A program made the position numbers and the translations under genes. Positions 1-12,302 of a stretch of 64,000 nt of DNA are shown one piece after another. Positions within the stretch are counted from its first letter, which is position 1. Each line of letters begins with the position of its first letter. The notes under the pieces were generated by a model that was not told where the DNA came from, did not search any database, and saw only the letters and a list, made by a program, of their open reading frames with translations. Origin of the DNA: Yuukianura sp. NJ FZ-2021 (taxonomy: Eukaryota); contig CM102286.1 of the NCBI GenBank assembly GCA_046563655.1, positions 13,082,001-13,146,000 of the forward strand, written 5' to 3'.

Positions 1-571
1 GCACGACAAAGCGACGCGTCAACGACGTAACCTAAACGTATTACGTTCTTTGTTTTCGCGTTTATACGTTTTTATGACGTTCACTGAATGAGATGAAAAG
101 AAAAGAGGAAAAAAAAAAAGATCCACAACAGTCTATGGTCAAAGCCTGAATTAAGCCTCTTCACACACGTTCTCACATCATGCATCAGTAGCTGACTCAT
201 CAACTTACGCAGGCGCGAAACGCACAACGGTGACGTAGTCTAAAAACAAAACATACTACGATTCATGCCTATTCACTGCGTCGAATAAGACTCATTTAAG
301 TTAAACAGGAAAAACTGTTGCTAACTCTGATTGTTCACTGCTTAGAATTTGTATCTACTGGTTGGAAAACACTGCTCGGCTCTTTCTCGCAACTTTTTCT
401 AACATGGCCGAATTATTGAACTTTTATAGATTTACCCTCACAGTTCGACAACGCAAGATCACCGTTTCAATTCGTAAGACCCCGCTGTCGACCTTCGAAG
501 TCATACCAAAAAATTGAAATAAAGCATTAAAAAGTCTCAAATACTACTGAAAATCTCAACAAATATACACA

Positions 572-617
572 AGTTGGTCTTTAAAAAAACGGAAAGTTGG
601 TCTTTAAAAAAACGGAA
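572..617. repeat. Perfect 23-bp tandem duplication
   Basis: AGTTGGTCTTTAAAAAAACGGAA x2. Confidence 0.9.
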
Positions 618-971
618 TGCGGAGCAACTTGTCTCTGTCTGCGCGGCATAATTTACACCCATGCCAAAGACTGTCCACAGCAGAGCACAGTGGGAATTCG
701 CGCCTTTCCTTTTCAAAAATCGAATGATTTTACGTTATGCTTTCTGTGTCAGTTGAGACGAACGGAAAATTTGAATTGCTGGCGGGAAATGCTTTTGTAA
801 ACACAAAAAACTCTCTTTGCTTTTCTTTCTTCTTCTTCGCTGATTTTTTTTTATTAGTCAAAATTTTTTGAAATTATATAATTAAATTTAAGCTAATTAA
901 CTACCAATTTCCGGCGTCAGTCGTAGACCTTCTTTTAGGGCAAACGTTCAGCAATCGGTGTGATTGTCAAA

Positions 972-2036
972 ATGAGCTTCGCCAACTTTCTACTACGTAG
1001 CAGATTTAGTACAGCTCCGGCTCGTCTGCCACCACTTCTGCAGTTATCGATGAAACCATACCCAACAGCCCTATCGATTCGGAGTTACCGTAATCTTAAT
1101 CTGAATCTAATGCAAAATATTGCCAAATCTAATACAGTACGGATACCGTCGTTACGTAATTCCATGTCTATTCAAGTCAACCTAGTTCGGAATTACAGCC
1201 TTGGTCCTCGACCTCCTGCCAGCGGTGGGCCAGGCGTTGGACCTAAATTCGAAAATCAACGAATTGCTACAAAATTTAGGCAAATGGATGGGATCCCACC
1301 TAGCTACGACCTAATTTACAGACTGAACTTTACTTCTCCCGTAGTCTACATTCAAGTTTTGAATATCATGGGCATACTTGTGGCAACTCTAGCCGTCTTC
1401 AGTTTGCTACTAAACGATGAGGATGGCCAGCGGAAGGCACCGGGAGATTCAGATTTACTGAAGACTTTTGAACGTGAAAAACCCGTCATGAATGAGGATG
1501 CACCGGAATTTGTCAAACGATATCAGGCTAACCTAGACTTGCCAACTCCCCACCCGAACGAAATGAATCACCTAAGCCTGCGTGAACTGTCGATACTATA
1601 TGGTGGATTACTTGTGCTAATGGTCGCCCTCATCCGTCTCCAAAGAACGCTGCCTATTCGGCTCTATACTAGTCCGTCAGTAAGTTACCAACCTAACTTA
1701 ATCATGTTTGATTTTAAGAGGACCTTATATTCACTGCAGTTTTACTATTTTCAGGGTCATAGCTACGCCGTCTTCTATGGTCATATAATTCCATCTCGTA
1801 CTACAAAACGTGAATTTGTCGCAGGAACTGTCAAACGCGTGCTCCGTCAGTCACCTATGCTTAGAACAGATTCTCTATATGCAGATGGTACTGGCAAACA
1901 AATGCTTCTACTCGACTACTGCTTCCGAAATCCATCTGACATGAACTACATCCTTGGAATATCCAATACTAAGCTCTATAAGGATGACGACAGTGACTCC
2001 TTCGGTGGCGGCGACGACAAGAAATCACACAAGTAA
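972..2036 (+). CDS. Putative mitochondrial inner-membrane protein (TMEM70/186/223-like architecture), 2 exons: 972-1679, 1755-2036; ~329 aa
   Basis: Long ORF starting MSFANFLLRSRFSTAP, with an Arg/Ser/Leu-rich, acid-poor N-terminus typical of a mitochondrial presequence. Two hydrophobic segments (VVYIQVLNIMGILVATLAVFSLL; LSILYGGLLVLMVALI) precede a soluble C-terminal domain. Phase-0 intron GTAAGT(1680)...TTTCAG(1754). AATAAA at 2267-2272. The family assignment is from architecture only. Confidence 0.7.
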   Translation: MSFANFLLRSRFSTAPARLPPLLQLSMKPYPTALSIRSYRNLNLNLMQNIAKSNTVRIPSLRNSMSIQVNLVRNYSLGPRPPASGGPGVGPKFENQRIATKFRQMDGIPPSYDLIYRLNFTSPVVYIQVLNIMGILVATLAVFSLLLNDEDGQRKAPGDSDLLKTFEREKPVMNEDAPEFVKRYQANLDLPTPHPNEMNHLSLRELSILYGGLLVLMVALIRLQRTLPIRLYTSPSVSYQPNLIMFDFKRTLYSLQFYYFQGHSYAVFYGHIIPSRTTKREFVAGTVKRVLRQSPMLRTDSLYADGTGKQMLLLDYCFRNPSDMNYILGISNTKLYKDDDSDSFGGGDDKKSHK

Positions 2037-2465
2037 ATCCACTAACTCAGGAACCTTTGCTGAGGAAGGCTTCAAAATTCTACGATTTTCACTCGGCTTA
2101 CCCAGTCAGTTACCTTTTCCTTAATTATTCTCACGTAAAGATCTACTGTTAGGATAAACTGGTTCATTTAGCAATCAATTGATACGATTCTATCAATTAG
2201 CAGTTAGCCCAAAACATCATTCTTTTGGAAAGTTCCGTACCTAGTAGCTTTAAAAGGTGTCGCAAAAATAAAAGTTTTTAACGAAAATGCGGGAATTCAA
2301 AGCATTGAGATTCTAAAAAGCTTCTCCAAACTCAATCTCTATCACATTCACATGTTGCTTTGTTTATTGCTTTTTTTGTCGTCTTTTACGTTACGAATTT
2401 TGGGCTGATCGATCTAAATAGAGGAAAAAAAAAACAATAATTATTTTAAACACTGACCTACAGTA

Positions 2466-3762
2466 ATGGAACTCGGAGCTACTGTGAAGAGGTTACCAAC
2501 GCCTTCCGTTCTGAAAACGTCTTTCGAGCTTCGAATCAAAGGAATTGACACGATTACTAAAAAAGACGCAGGATCGTCGTCAGAGCGAGGAACAGAGCCG
2601 GCTAACTTCATTACGCCCGGTAGAGTCATTACACGCGAAATCGGTTTTATGAGGTAAGTTTACAAGTAACGTTATCAATCATCAATAACACTGGAAGGAT
2701 AAAAGGATGGATGTAAGGCTAATGTTCTCTCCTTTATCCTAGGGGACATGGAACCTACACGAATGTTGAAGATCAGTGTCTCGTCGGAAGTCTTGTTGGA
2801 ACAGTTCAACGGGTCAATCGTTTAATTTCTGTCAAGGGCATCGGTGGAGTTTATTATGGCGAAGTAGGAGACGTCGTGGTTGGAAGAATTACAAAAGTCA
2901 TGCAGAAGAGATGGAAAGTTAACATCAACAGTCGCCTGGATGGAATCCTGCTACTTTCCAGTATCAATCTTCCGACAGGGGAACTGGTGAGTTTGACGGT
3001 TTGATCGTGAAATTGCAAAAGCTACTAACCATTTGTTGAATTTAGCGACGACGATCGGCAGAGGACGAGCTAGCCATGAGAGAAATCTTAAAGGAAGGAG
3101 ATGTTATTAGTGCTGAAATTCAAAGTGTTTACAATGACGGAAGTTTAGCATTGCATACCAGAAGTGTCAAGTATGGAAAAGTAAGGTCAACTTATGCATA
3201 ACAGAAGATGAATTGTTCTAATGATTCTAATGTCCTCTTAATTTGCTGTTCCTCAGTTAGGTCCTGGCACCATGATCAAAGTATCTTCACTCCTAATCAA
3301 ACGCCGGAAGAATCATATACACAACCTGCCCGGTGGGACATCAATTATCATTGGGAACAACGGCCTCGTGTGGATCTCTCCGTTGCCGAATGGACGAATG
3401 CCTGGAACCAACTTAGAGGAAGAGCAACCGGAAGGCGGCAAAACAGCTTTAGAAGAGGTGAAGATTTCGCACGCTAAATATAAAGTTGTACATTTACTGC
3501 TAACGAGACTAACCTTTGTTGTATGCATCTACAGATTTCCGTAAGCAGTGCCGATCGAACCAATGTTGCTCGCCTACGAAATTGTATCTCCGCCCTGGCT
3601 AACTTATGGCTTCCAATCTACGATACAAGTGTAATGTACGCACATGAAGCTTCCATGAGATACGAAGTAGCTGAACTACTAACGGTGGAAGTTATCAACG
3701 AAATCGGAGAAGTCGTGAGAGCTCGAATGGCAGCCGACGCTAATGACACAATGCATGAATGA
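2466..3762 (+). CDS. EXOSC2: Exosome complex component RRP4; exons 2466-2653, 2743-2986, 3046-3180, 3257-3457, 3535-3762; ~331 aa
   Basis: The spliced translation contains RRP4 hallmarks: ITPGRVIT..GFMRGHGTY, GEVGDVVVGRITKVMQKRWKVNINSRLDGILLLSSINLPTGELRRRSAEDELAMREILKEGDVISAEIQSVYNDGSLALHTRSVKYGKLG, IIIGNNGLVWIS and VARLRNCI. All introns are GT-AG and the phases are consistent. Confidence 0.97.
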
Positions 3763-3862
3763 TTTTGTATGTTTTGTAACATGTTTCTGTCTTGTAAGGA
3801 AAAATAACACTTCAGAAATATTTTGGTACACTTCCACTTGAATTTCCTGTTGTGCTTCAAAG

Positions 3863-3880
3863 ATTAAACGACCGTTTATT
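3863..3880. terminator. Facing polyadenylation signals of convergent EXOSC2 (+, ATTAAA 3863-3868) and SERF (-, AATAAA 3880-3875)
   Basis: Both hexamers lie in the 308-bp gap between the two stop codons. Confidence 0.5.
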
Positions 3881-4070
3881 TGAAATCTTACGAGTTAAGT
3901 TTAGTAAATAGTGGTGTGTAGTTCGTGTGGAAAATGCCCATTCAAATCAAACCAAAACGGAGAAACAACGCCAGAAATGGAAAATCCATGCAATACAATT
4001 CAGTGTTAAAGATACGTAGAAATTTTGACTTGCGATTTGAGCGTGATTTAGCTTCCTTTATGTTGGACTT

Positions 4071-4444
4071 TTACTTGGAACCTCCTTGACCTTTGGCTTG
4101 ATCTGCAGCCTTTTTCGCTAGTTTCTCTTGCAATTGTCGTGCATCCCTTAGCATGAGTTAAGAAAAGATGTACTTTTATAACAAAACTACTAATCTAAGT
4201 ACAATTAAATAGGAATCGTTACGAGTCTTACCGCTCACGGCGTTGTTCGGGAGTCAACCCGTCGTCCTTCTTGGCCTTTGCCAGTTGTTGCTGTTTCTTC
4301 TGGTTCTTCTCCCGAGCCAAATCTCTCTGATTTCCACCTACAACCAACAAATTAATGATCTTAATTACTAATCAACTCGTTACAAGGAACGGAACTTTAC
4401 TGCTTCCGATAACTCCTTCAGATTCTTAAGTACTTACGTGTCAT
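4071..4444 (-). CDS. SERF: Small EDRK-rich factor (SERF/4F5/MOAG-4 family); exons 4444-4438, 4337-4232, 4146-4071; 62 aa
   Basis: Spliced translation MTRGNQRDLAREKNQKKQQQLAKAKKDDGLTPEQRRERDARQLQEK matches the 4F5 signature. It has a 7-nt first coding exon. Absent from the ORF track. Confidence 0.95.
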
Positions 4445-4896
4445 TGTTCCAGATTCCCAGCTTATGAATACCTCCTCAAAAACAATCGTTCTTGCTCTTA
4501 CTTCTAGGCGAATTTGACCTTTTGACCTCACGAGGGCCACCGAGCAAAGTCGCAGAGCCGATCCAACAACTACGATTAATTGAACTACACAAACTCAAAT
4601 TTACGATTTACAGTTACACAGCTGATGGTGATTGATGACCTACTAATACTCAGAATTCATCAGAAACGACAGAAACGCACTTTATCCCACTTTGCCCCAA
4701 AATGAATTATTTTTCAGCGGGAGATTTAAACTTCTATTTGCGCAATTTGTTTTTTTTTCGTGTTATCAGCAGCATTTGTGTAAACAACAACTCTCGAGGT
4801 CACGTTTCGATTGGGAGTTTACTTACGTAGTAATTACTGGATCGATTAATTGACAGCAGTAGAAATTAATATTTGTGTAATACTACAACGGAGAAC
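4445..4896. promoter_or_regulatory. Probable bidirectional promoter and 5' UTRs between SERF and the F-box gene
   Basis: The divergent start codons are only 452 bp apart. Confidence 0.55.
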
Positions 4897-7203
4897 ATGA
4901 AGAAACGAAAACGAGGAAAGGTAGGAAACGATGATCCAGAAAATGCAGAGGAGGACGGAGATCTGTCCATGATAATTATACCGAAAGAGAAAATACAGGT
5001 GGATTGGAATCACGTATCACTTGAGGAAAACTATATCGGTAAGCACGATTACTGCTATGCATTGTACGGATTCTTTTGTCTAAACGTAATTGACGTGTTT
5101 TGTATATTTAGTGCCAGATCCGGACAACCATTTTAATAGTGGGACACTCAAGTTCTTAGAAAGTGAGGATGGTTTGGAGATTAATAGGAAGCGGCGGTGC
5201 AAATCTCCCGATGCTGTTCATGTAAGTATTATATTGCAACTTGACTAGCGTGTTCGATTTAAAATAGATGCTTGAGTTACTGATTCTGCACTACCTTTAG
5301 CTGTCATCGCTTATGGACTCAAACGAAGGCGTGGACAGAGTAATTAGTCAAGATGTTGCGGTTCGACTGTTGCCACAGAGGGAAAATGCAATGTTGAATG
5401 AACTTGTAAGGTTACCAACGAACTTTTTGAGCGCAAATTGCAAAGCGTTACTAAAAGTTGATTGTTTAGATACTCGTCAACCTGATGCAGTTTGCACCTC
5501 TGAAAGAACTAGCTCGCAACCGCCTCGTATGTAAAAGATGGAATTTAGAAGCCACGGAGTTCATGAAACGACAACATCTGATTGAAATTGTTGATGATGG
5601 AACTCGTCGCTGCATTGCCTCGTTCATCGACTCCATGCGGCATTCCTACATGATGCCCTTTAGAAGATTTGATATTCTTTTCAAGGATCGAATGCCGAGA
5701 AAGTTGCCGAACTCTTATCGAACTTTCTTCTTCCTCTACGGCGGATTTATCAATCATCTCAGCATCGGGTTTCTTCTGGACTGCGAAGTCAACTTTTCTG
5801 TACATACGTTTCGCAACGTTTTCCTGATGTCCGTTCCAAACTTAATTTCGTTGGCGATAGATCTTCCGGTGATGACAACGTCTGAACCCTCGATATTCAT
5901 TCGGGAAAAGCGGATTCAGTTTCATAGATTGGAGAGTATTCTCATTCAAGACTTTATAGAAGACAATGAAGACACGAGTGATAAAAGTCGTCAGAGGTAC
6001 AGCCCAGGCTTTATGGCGGATCTGCTGAAGGCTGCTCCAGCTCTTCGGAAGCTCAGTTTGTTCACGGAAAGCAGAATGCTGATGGGTCGAATCGTCACTT
6101 CGCTTGAAACGCTGAAAATGAACAAAAGTCCTTTGACTTTTCTTCACTTGGATGGAACAGTGACCGAAGCGGATTTAAATGCTCTCGCTACATATCAGTT
6201 CCAGCTCCGCGGAATCCGAATTCGGTGGCTGGGCTCTGACGTTACAAAGAAAACTTTAGAACGATTTTTGACAGTTCACAAGAAGTCACTGGAGAATCTA
6301 TGTATTGGGGATCGTTGTGAATATGGAGAAGTGGGAGAAGACCCGAGAAGATTTCATCTTCGGTTTCCAGCAATGGAGAAGCTCAACGTTCTAAAAGTTA
6401 CTCGTCGATGTTGCTTTTCTACGAGACATCAAGGAAAGTTCTACTTGACTACAGGACTCTACCAGCTTCCAGTTCTGAAGAAATTAATTTTTGATAATGA
6501 TTTTCCTGAACCATTTCCTCATGCCGAAGATTTCTTTCCGAAATGTGACCGAAAGTGTTTATCGCTCAAGGAACTTGACTTTTCTTGTGAACTGTTGGAT
6601 TATTCCATCTTCCATGATATTGCCAAAGAGTGTCCAGAGATCACAACGCTACGGTTAACTCATGCCACAAGTTCGTTTCTCAAGATTATCTTTCAGTGCA
6701 TGGTTAACCTCGAAACGCTGTTTTTGTATCTTCCGGTTTTTGGACGCGGAAAAGGAAACAACATTGGATCCTTATGTATTCAGTTGGATGTTCGGAACTG
6801 CCGAAAGATTTGTATTTTGAGAAGTCCTCGGGAGGGCTACTGGTTTACCGTTGTTTTCAAAAAACCGGTCGTCGGAGTTTTGAAAAGTGAGTTGCTTTAC
6901 TATGTAACACAGCAATATATAAAAAAAATTCCCTAATTTTTGGTCTATGTTTTCAGAAATTCACACACTGGAGGTTGAAACTCGAAGTTTGAGAAATTCT
7001 GTTCATGACGTTCGCGTACTAACGAAATTTCAGGAGCTTAAAACGCTTTATTTCAACAGGAAGGTAAAAAAAAATCATAATAACCTTTTAGTTACGTTAA
7101 GTTAAACCAAATGTTAAATTTCAATTTTCAGTTGACTAACAAGTACCGTCGGGCTCTCCTGAATCATCTGCCAAAAGTGAAGATCGTCGAAGGCGGTTTG
7201 TAG
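4897..7203 (+). CDS. F-box protein with LRR-like C-terminal region; exons 4897-5038, 5112-5221, 5301-5405, 5470-6886, 6957-7063, 7132-7203; ~650 aa
   Basis: Splicing exon 3 to exon 4 gives NAMLNELILVNLMQFAPLKELARNRLVCKRWNLEA (F-box consensus). Degenerate LRRs follow (PNLISLAI, PALRKLSL, FPAMEKLNVLKV, LPVLKKLIF, CPEITTLRL, MVNLETLFL). Basic NLS-like clusters KKRKRGK and RKRR. All introns are GT-AG and in phase. Confidence 0.85.
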
Positions 7204-7908
7204 ACAAGAGTCAGCCACAATTGTTTATTGTTCGGCTGGTTATAAGGTGCAAGATATGAATTTCAAGTACTAAACAGTTAACATTAAAATTTTCGCAAAA
7301 TTATGGTAATGTTGCGGAAACTTATACGGAGTTAAGTTGGTTAATATCGATCTAGACATTCATGTTTTAACTCGTAATAGTTTAGATTTTACTCCATAAC
7401 ATGAAACATGTGCATCACGAGTTAGCTAATACCAAATCGTTTACAGCGTCCATGCTTCGGGAATATTTTTTCCTCCCTTATAATGAATTACATATTAAAT
7501 TACATATTACGCACCGCAACTTTCAAGTTGATATGTCTTGCTCTGAAAATAAATTGAACTTCAGTCATCTCAAATGAGAAAGCGTTTTTAATTTTTGTAA
7601 CATGAGATTATGGTTTCGTGCATGGAAGTGTTGTAAGGTGTTAATTAACTAGCTAATTACATTTGAAAAATGCAGTTAGGATTAGGAATATTAGAGAATC
7701 TAAAAAATACTTTTAGTTGATATAATTTTAATAAATATGAGTAAAATTTATATTTTAAAATTTGAAATATCGAGCAAAAGAAAAGCAGCCCATAGTTATT
7801 TTCGGTAAACTTGAACTGGATTTTTAGATTTTTCGAATATCTTAAACGGTAATCGACAGAAACTTTTCAAAAAAAAATTTAACAGTAACTTTTCAGAAAA
7901 AAAAAACT

Positions 7909-8735
7909 TTACAGCTCTCCGTTTTCAATTGCTTTGTTAATCTCTGCCACAATTTTGGTTAGTAGTTCGTATTCAGAAGTTCCACGTCTGAAGGAAATGT
8001 CCATAAATTTAGGATCTTTTAATAGACTTGTGACACTTCGAATTCTGTTGATAGATTTCTCAGTAAGGTGTGACTTTACCAAGGTCACGATAAGGTCTTC
8101 ACTCTGATTGATCGAGGTCACCAGAAATTTTTGGTCGTAACTGTAGTCTACCTAAAATTTTAGAAAAAAAATTTTTTTTAACTCAGAATTATTAAAATTT
8201 TCGAAAAAGACAAACATTTATCATAATTGTTGTTATGCTTTACTCAAATACGGAATTTTGGGAAATTTTTTCCGTACCTCTATGAAGCTCGTAATAGTCA
8301 TTGCAATGTTGCGGAATTTTTCAGCAAATTTATTTGCCACTTTAAGCTCATCAGGAGAAAATTTGTCATTTTGAACCAACAGTCCAATTTTCATGGAAAG
8401 TTTGATTATGTTTTTGACAAATTTTTCTGCAACTTTTTTGTCCTGAGTCTAAAAATAGAAGAAAAAAAGTGCGTGCAAAGGTTAAGTTATGAAAAAATTT
8501 TCTCCTGTCCATGTTTTTAGTTTTTTAAAATTTCAGCTATCAAAATTTCAAAATTTTGTAAAAATTTTTTACTTACGTAGGATTTGACTAGTTGATACAC
8601 CAGATCTAAGAGTGTTGAAAGAGATTCGTTGATTAAAGTTTTTGCTACTTTTCGACTTGCAAATTGTCCGAGAATTTTCTTCTGAGCTCTCATGACGAAA
8701 TCCTTGGCTTTGAAATTACTTTCTCCACTCATCAT
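7909..8735 (-). CDS. TNFAIP8: TNFAIP8/TIPE family protein (Drosophila sigmar-like); exons 8735-8577, 8448-8278, 8151-7909; ~190 aa
   Basis: Spliced translation FKAKDFVMRAQKKILGQFASRKVAKTLI...KKVAEKFVKNIIKLSMKIGLLVQNDKFSPDE...AMTITSFIEVDYSYD...HLTEKSINRI matches the TNFAIP8 family. Phase-0 GT-AG introns. Confidence 0.95.
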
Positions 8736-11700
8736 GCAATTTTTGGTTTCAGAAAATCGAAAAAATTGCCAACGTTCAAGTTCGCGTCAAGCCGTGGACA
8801 CTTTCCTTTCAATAGTCCGAGATTATTTGCAAGGTCTCAAGACTTGTGAGATAAGAAGTAGCTCTGCTCTCTTCAAGTGGCGTCTATATTTGTCCAATTT
8901 TTTTTTTTCAAAATTTGCTTGATATCAACAATTTCAAAAATACAAAACCTTCAAAGAATTTTTTATTTTAGTTGTTACCTCTTCAGTTTAATATCGCCGT
9001 TTGCCGTGTTTCAGTTGAAGTTCTCACCATGAAATTTTTAACAGATCCAAATCGTGTATTGTGTTGGTCGTGGTCTTGAAATTGTTTAAAGCATCTCTGG
9101 TGCAAGGCTAAGCTCGTTAAACTTTTGCTTGTTTTTGATTCAACTCCTGTTTTTAGAAAACGAAATTAGACTTTGTGAAAGTTTCTGTTCTGTTTTTGAA
9201 CTGAACACTTCTATTATTTCCTATCGACGTGTCCCCGTTGCCTCAAACCTGGATTTTGAAAAACCGCAAACTGGGTTTATGGACATGAAATCTGGCAAAT
9301 TTCCTTGTGAGCATTTCAATGGGTGCATGTAATATATGGCCTTCATATGGGGTTTAAATGCACAGTAAACTTAGGAATAAGCTAGAAGTTCCATTTCGGG
9401 GGAAGTTTACATTAGTCATTTTGTTAGGTTGGGACAAAAACACAGGGTTAATTTTGACGAGCAAATGCTAATGACGTATACGTTTACTAGTCGCTTTTGT
9501 TATAACTACTATAATAATTAGCTAGTATTAGGCATATTACTACTCATTAACTCCACTGACTCCCAAAACATTACAGAGTTGTAAAGGAATTAAAGTCGGA
9601 TTTGAAGTTTCAAAATGACGAGTGCGTCTCCAAGATTAAATTACTCTGTGTATATTTTTAGGTTTTGAATTGTATTGTGTAGTGCTCTGTTTTGGTTTTT
9701 GTTTGCCATGCTAAACTACAATGGAAAACTTTCAAAAATAAAAATTATGCAAGAAACACAGAAAAAAAAACTCAAAATTCGTGTTTGCATTTTTCGAAAA
9801 TTGTTCACTACCGTTTGGCGATGATGAGCAATGTTTCTTTGAATCTTCTGATTTATTTGACTGCTCTAATTTTTTTTTTGGTTAAATCTAATCTCCTCTG
9901 CTCTGCATTTGTTTCATTTTGCAAAATACGTGTGACTTTATTTGATTAGGTGAAGGTCATCGTAGTCTAAGCTTCTGCTTATTTACAGATGTTCTGGAAA
10001 TTCGATCTTTGAAGAGCAACTTTTAAGAATTTATGACACTTTTCACCCACGCGCTAAAACTCTGAATGCGTAATAACCTAACCTAAAAACTGTGATTCCA
10101 TAACTTTTCTCATTCAATTGAGATAGACTCAACGGCGTCCTTCTTTTGCTCAAAATGATCATTGACAAGGACGTTTGTGGAAGTGAAAGTTGCTTGAATC
10201 TTAGATTTTATGCTTATTCTTTTCCAGAATGGAAATGATCCAGACCATGATCAGAAAATATGAAAATAAAGTTTGATTAGAAAATCTTGTGAAGATGTGC
10301 TTGATGCTCAAAGTTTGTTTGAAAGGCTGAACAGAAAACCAAAAAGTCTCAATTCTCCAAATTGCAACTTTTTTTTGCGAAAGTTTGGCAAATCTACAAG
10401 TTAGGATCTGCTGCACCCATTGTGCCATTACCATTTAACACAACGTTGTTCAATTGCGACAGAAATTGTTCTGCTCATGAATGCTAAATCAGTATTTTAT
10501 GACCTTATATTTCCCCATGCTCAAACACTTGAAAGTCTCCACGCCTTACAGTTTATTGAAGCTTATGCAAAAAGATTATTACCAACTCAAGGAACTTTTT
10601 ACTGCCAAAAATTATTTGTTTACTTTCTCTGTTCTTTCTGTCCGTTCCCTCCCTGCTTCCAGAAGTGACGTAATTTTTGCAACTTCTATTCTCCGTTGAA
10701 AGTGATGAAAGTACAATAAAAGTCTGGCAAAATTTCGGCAGAAAGTGTAAATTTAAAAAAAATACTCAAAATCCTTGTCTTTGGACTTGTTGTGCAAATA
10801 TTTTTAAAACTTTTTCTTTAAACCTTGATTTTTTTTGCTGATTCAATTTAAAAAGTCCAACTAAATTTCCTGTTTCTGAGTTATTAAAATTTATGACACT
10901 TATACACTTACCAAAAAAAAGAAAGAAAGATTTTTCACACTCCAAAGCACTGAAATAATGAAGACTTGTTTTCGGCAATATAGAACAGAACAAAACTGAA
11001 GATTTTTCCAAAGATTTTATACTTTTTTTGAGAACTTTCAAAATGACGTTAAGCACCTTGTAAAAGTAAGAAACGAGAAGCAACTGTTTTTTAAACAACA
11101 ACAAATGAATGAATTTCTGCTATTTCTTAGAATCCGAAAAAACGTAATTTGCTAAAAATCGAATAGGATTTTGAACTAGAACTTCTGGAGCACACGCAGA
11201 TCTTGAATTCTCTGAATTTGTTTAAACTTCAATGAAATTCAAACGGTGTTTCAACGGTGTACAAAATTCAAGTACTACCGAAAACCATCTGCCTTTTTGT
11301 TAATACCGTGAGTTGGCTCCCTTCAGAAGGACTTGGAGGGAACTAAAACCGCTTTTAGCCTTAACTTTTTTTCAAGAATCTGGGAGAGCCTCTGACCCGG
11401 TGAGTTCAGCCCAATCAAAAAAAGAAGCTTTTGATCTTGCCAACTTATCCAAAGTCCAAGTTCACTCTAACTTAGTCAGATCCATCGTGCTTGAAAGATG
11501 CACCAGCGCCTTACCTCAAAAAGATGAAGATTTGATCAAAAAAGTTGATCCTTGATGTAATGATTTCATGATGAGATTCGTGTGAGGTTGGCCAAAGCTA
11601 AAAGCATTCTTCCATGTCCCACTGTCGTTTTTTCTTGCTCATCTTCTCAACCAGAAGATGAGGAAAAAATGTGCTGACAGAATTCGAAAAAAAAAATTCA

Positions 11701-12302
11701 TCTTCTGTCATCATCTCATTGGAATTGGAAATGATCTGCCTAGTACATGTCACTATGTCGTGCTTTTAGTATTGTTACTTTAACAATGTCTCTCCATTTC
11801 AAATTAGTTGTGTTTCGTTATCCTCCTTCAATGCAATCATGATTAATAGGCACACAAAAAATTAACGTTAATCGAAAGTGCAAATGTTTCTACTTTAATT
11901 AAAACTTATTTTCATTAATTATTTCCTTAATGCGTTTACACTCTACTTTGTGCAATTTATTATTTCTTTTGTACAGAGCAGTTGACATGAGCGAATCAGT
12001 TAAATCCCACATCCGTTGTATTTAACGCAGACATTAATTATTGCATGCGATTTTAATATTCGGCTGGTTGGTAACTCCAGATCGTTAGTGTAAGGTATTT
12101 ACAGAAGAATGCAAGGTTAATCGAATTACCCAGAAAAATGGCATAGTTAATGCTGCTAATTAATGGTTGATTAATGTAACCAAAAGCTGGAAGTGGGGGC
12201 AAAGGTGGTAGAACGTTACTATTTAAAGAGTACTTCCCAATTAGAAAGCGTTTTGTTCTGTTTAAAGTCTAGAGCTAAATCTTTGAAAATTTACTTGAGA
12301 AA

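Noticed and set aside
5545..6147. Antisense ORFs overlapping the F-box gene (and similar ones over EXOSC2, the CYPs, dpr and the acidic ORF)
   Set aside because: Shadow ORFs of real coding exons.
9045..9107. Signal-peptide-like + strand segment (SKSCIVLVVVLKLFKASLVQG)
   Set aside because: No in-frame ATG or canonical donor; it lies in the probable TNFAIP8 5' UTR/promoter on the opposite strand.
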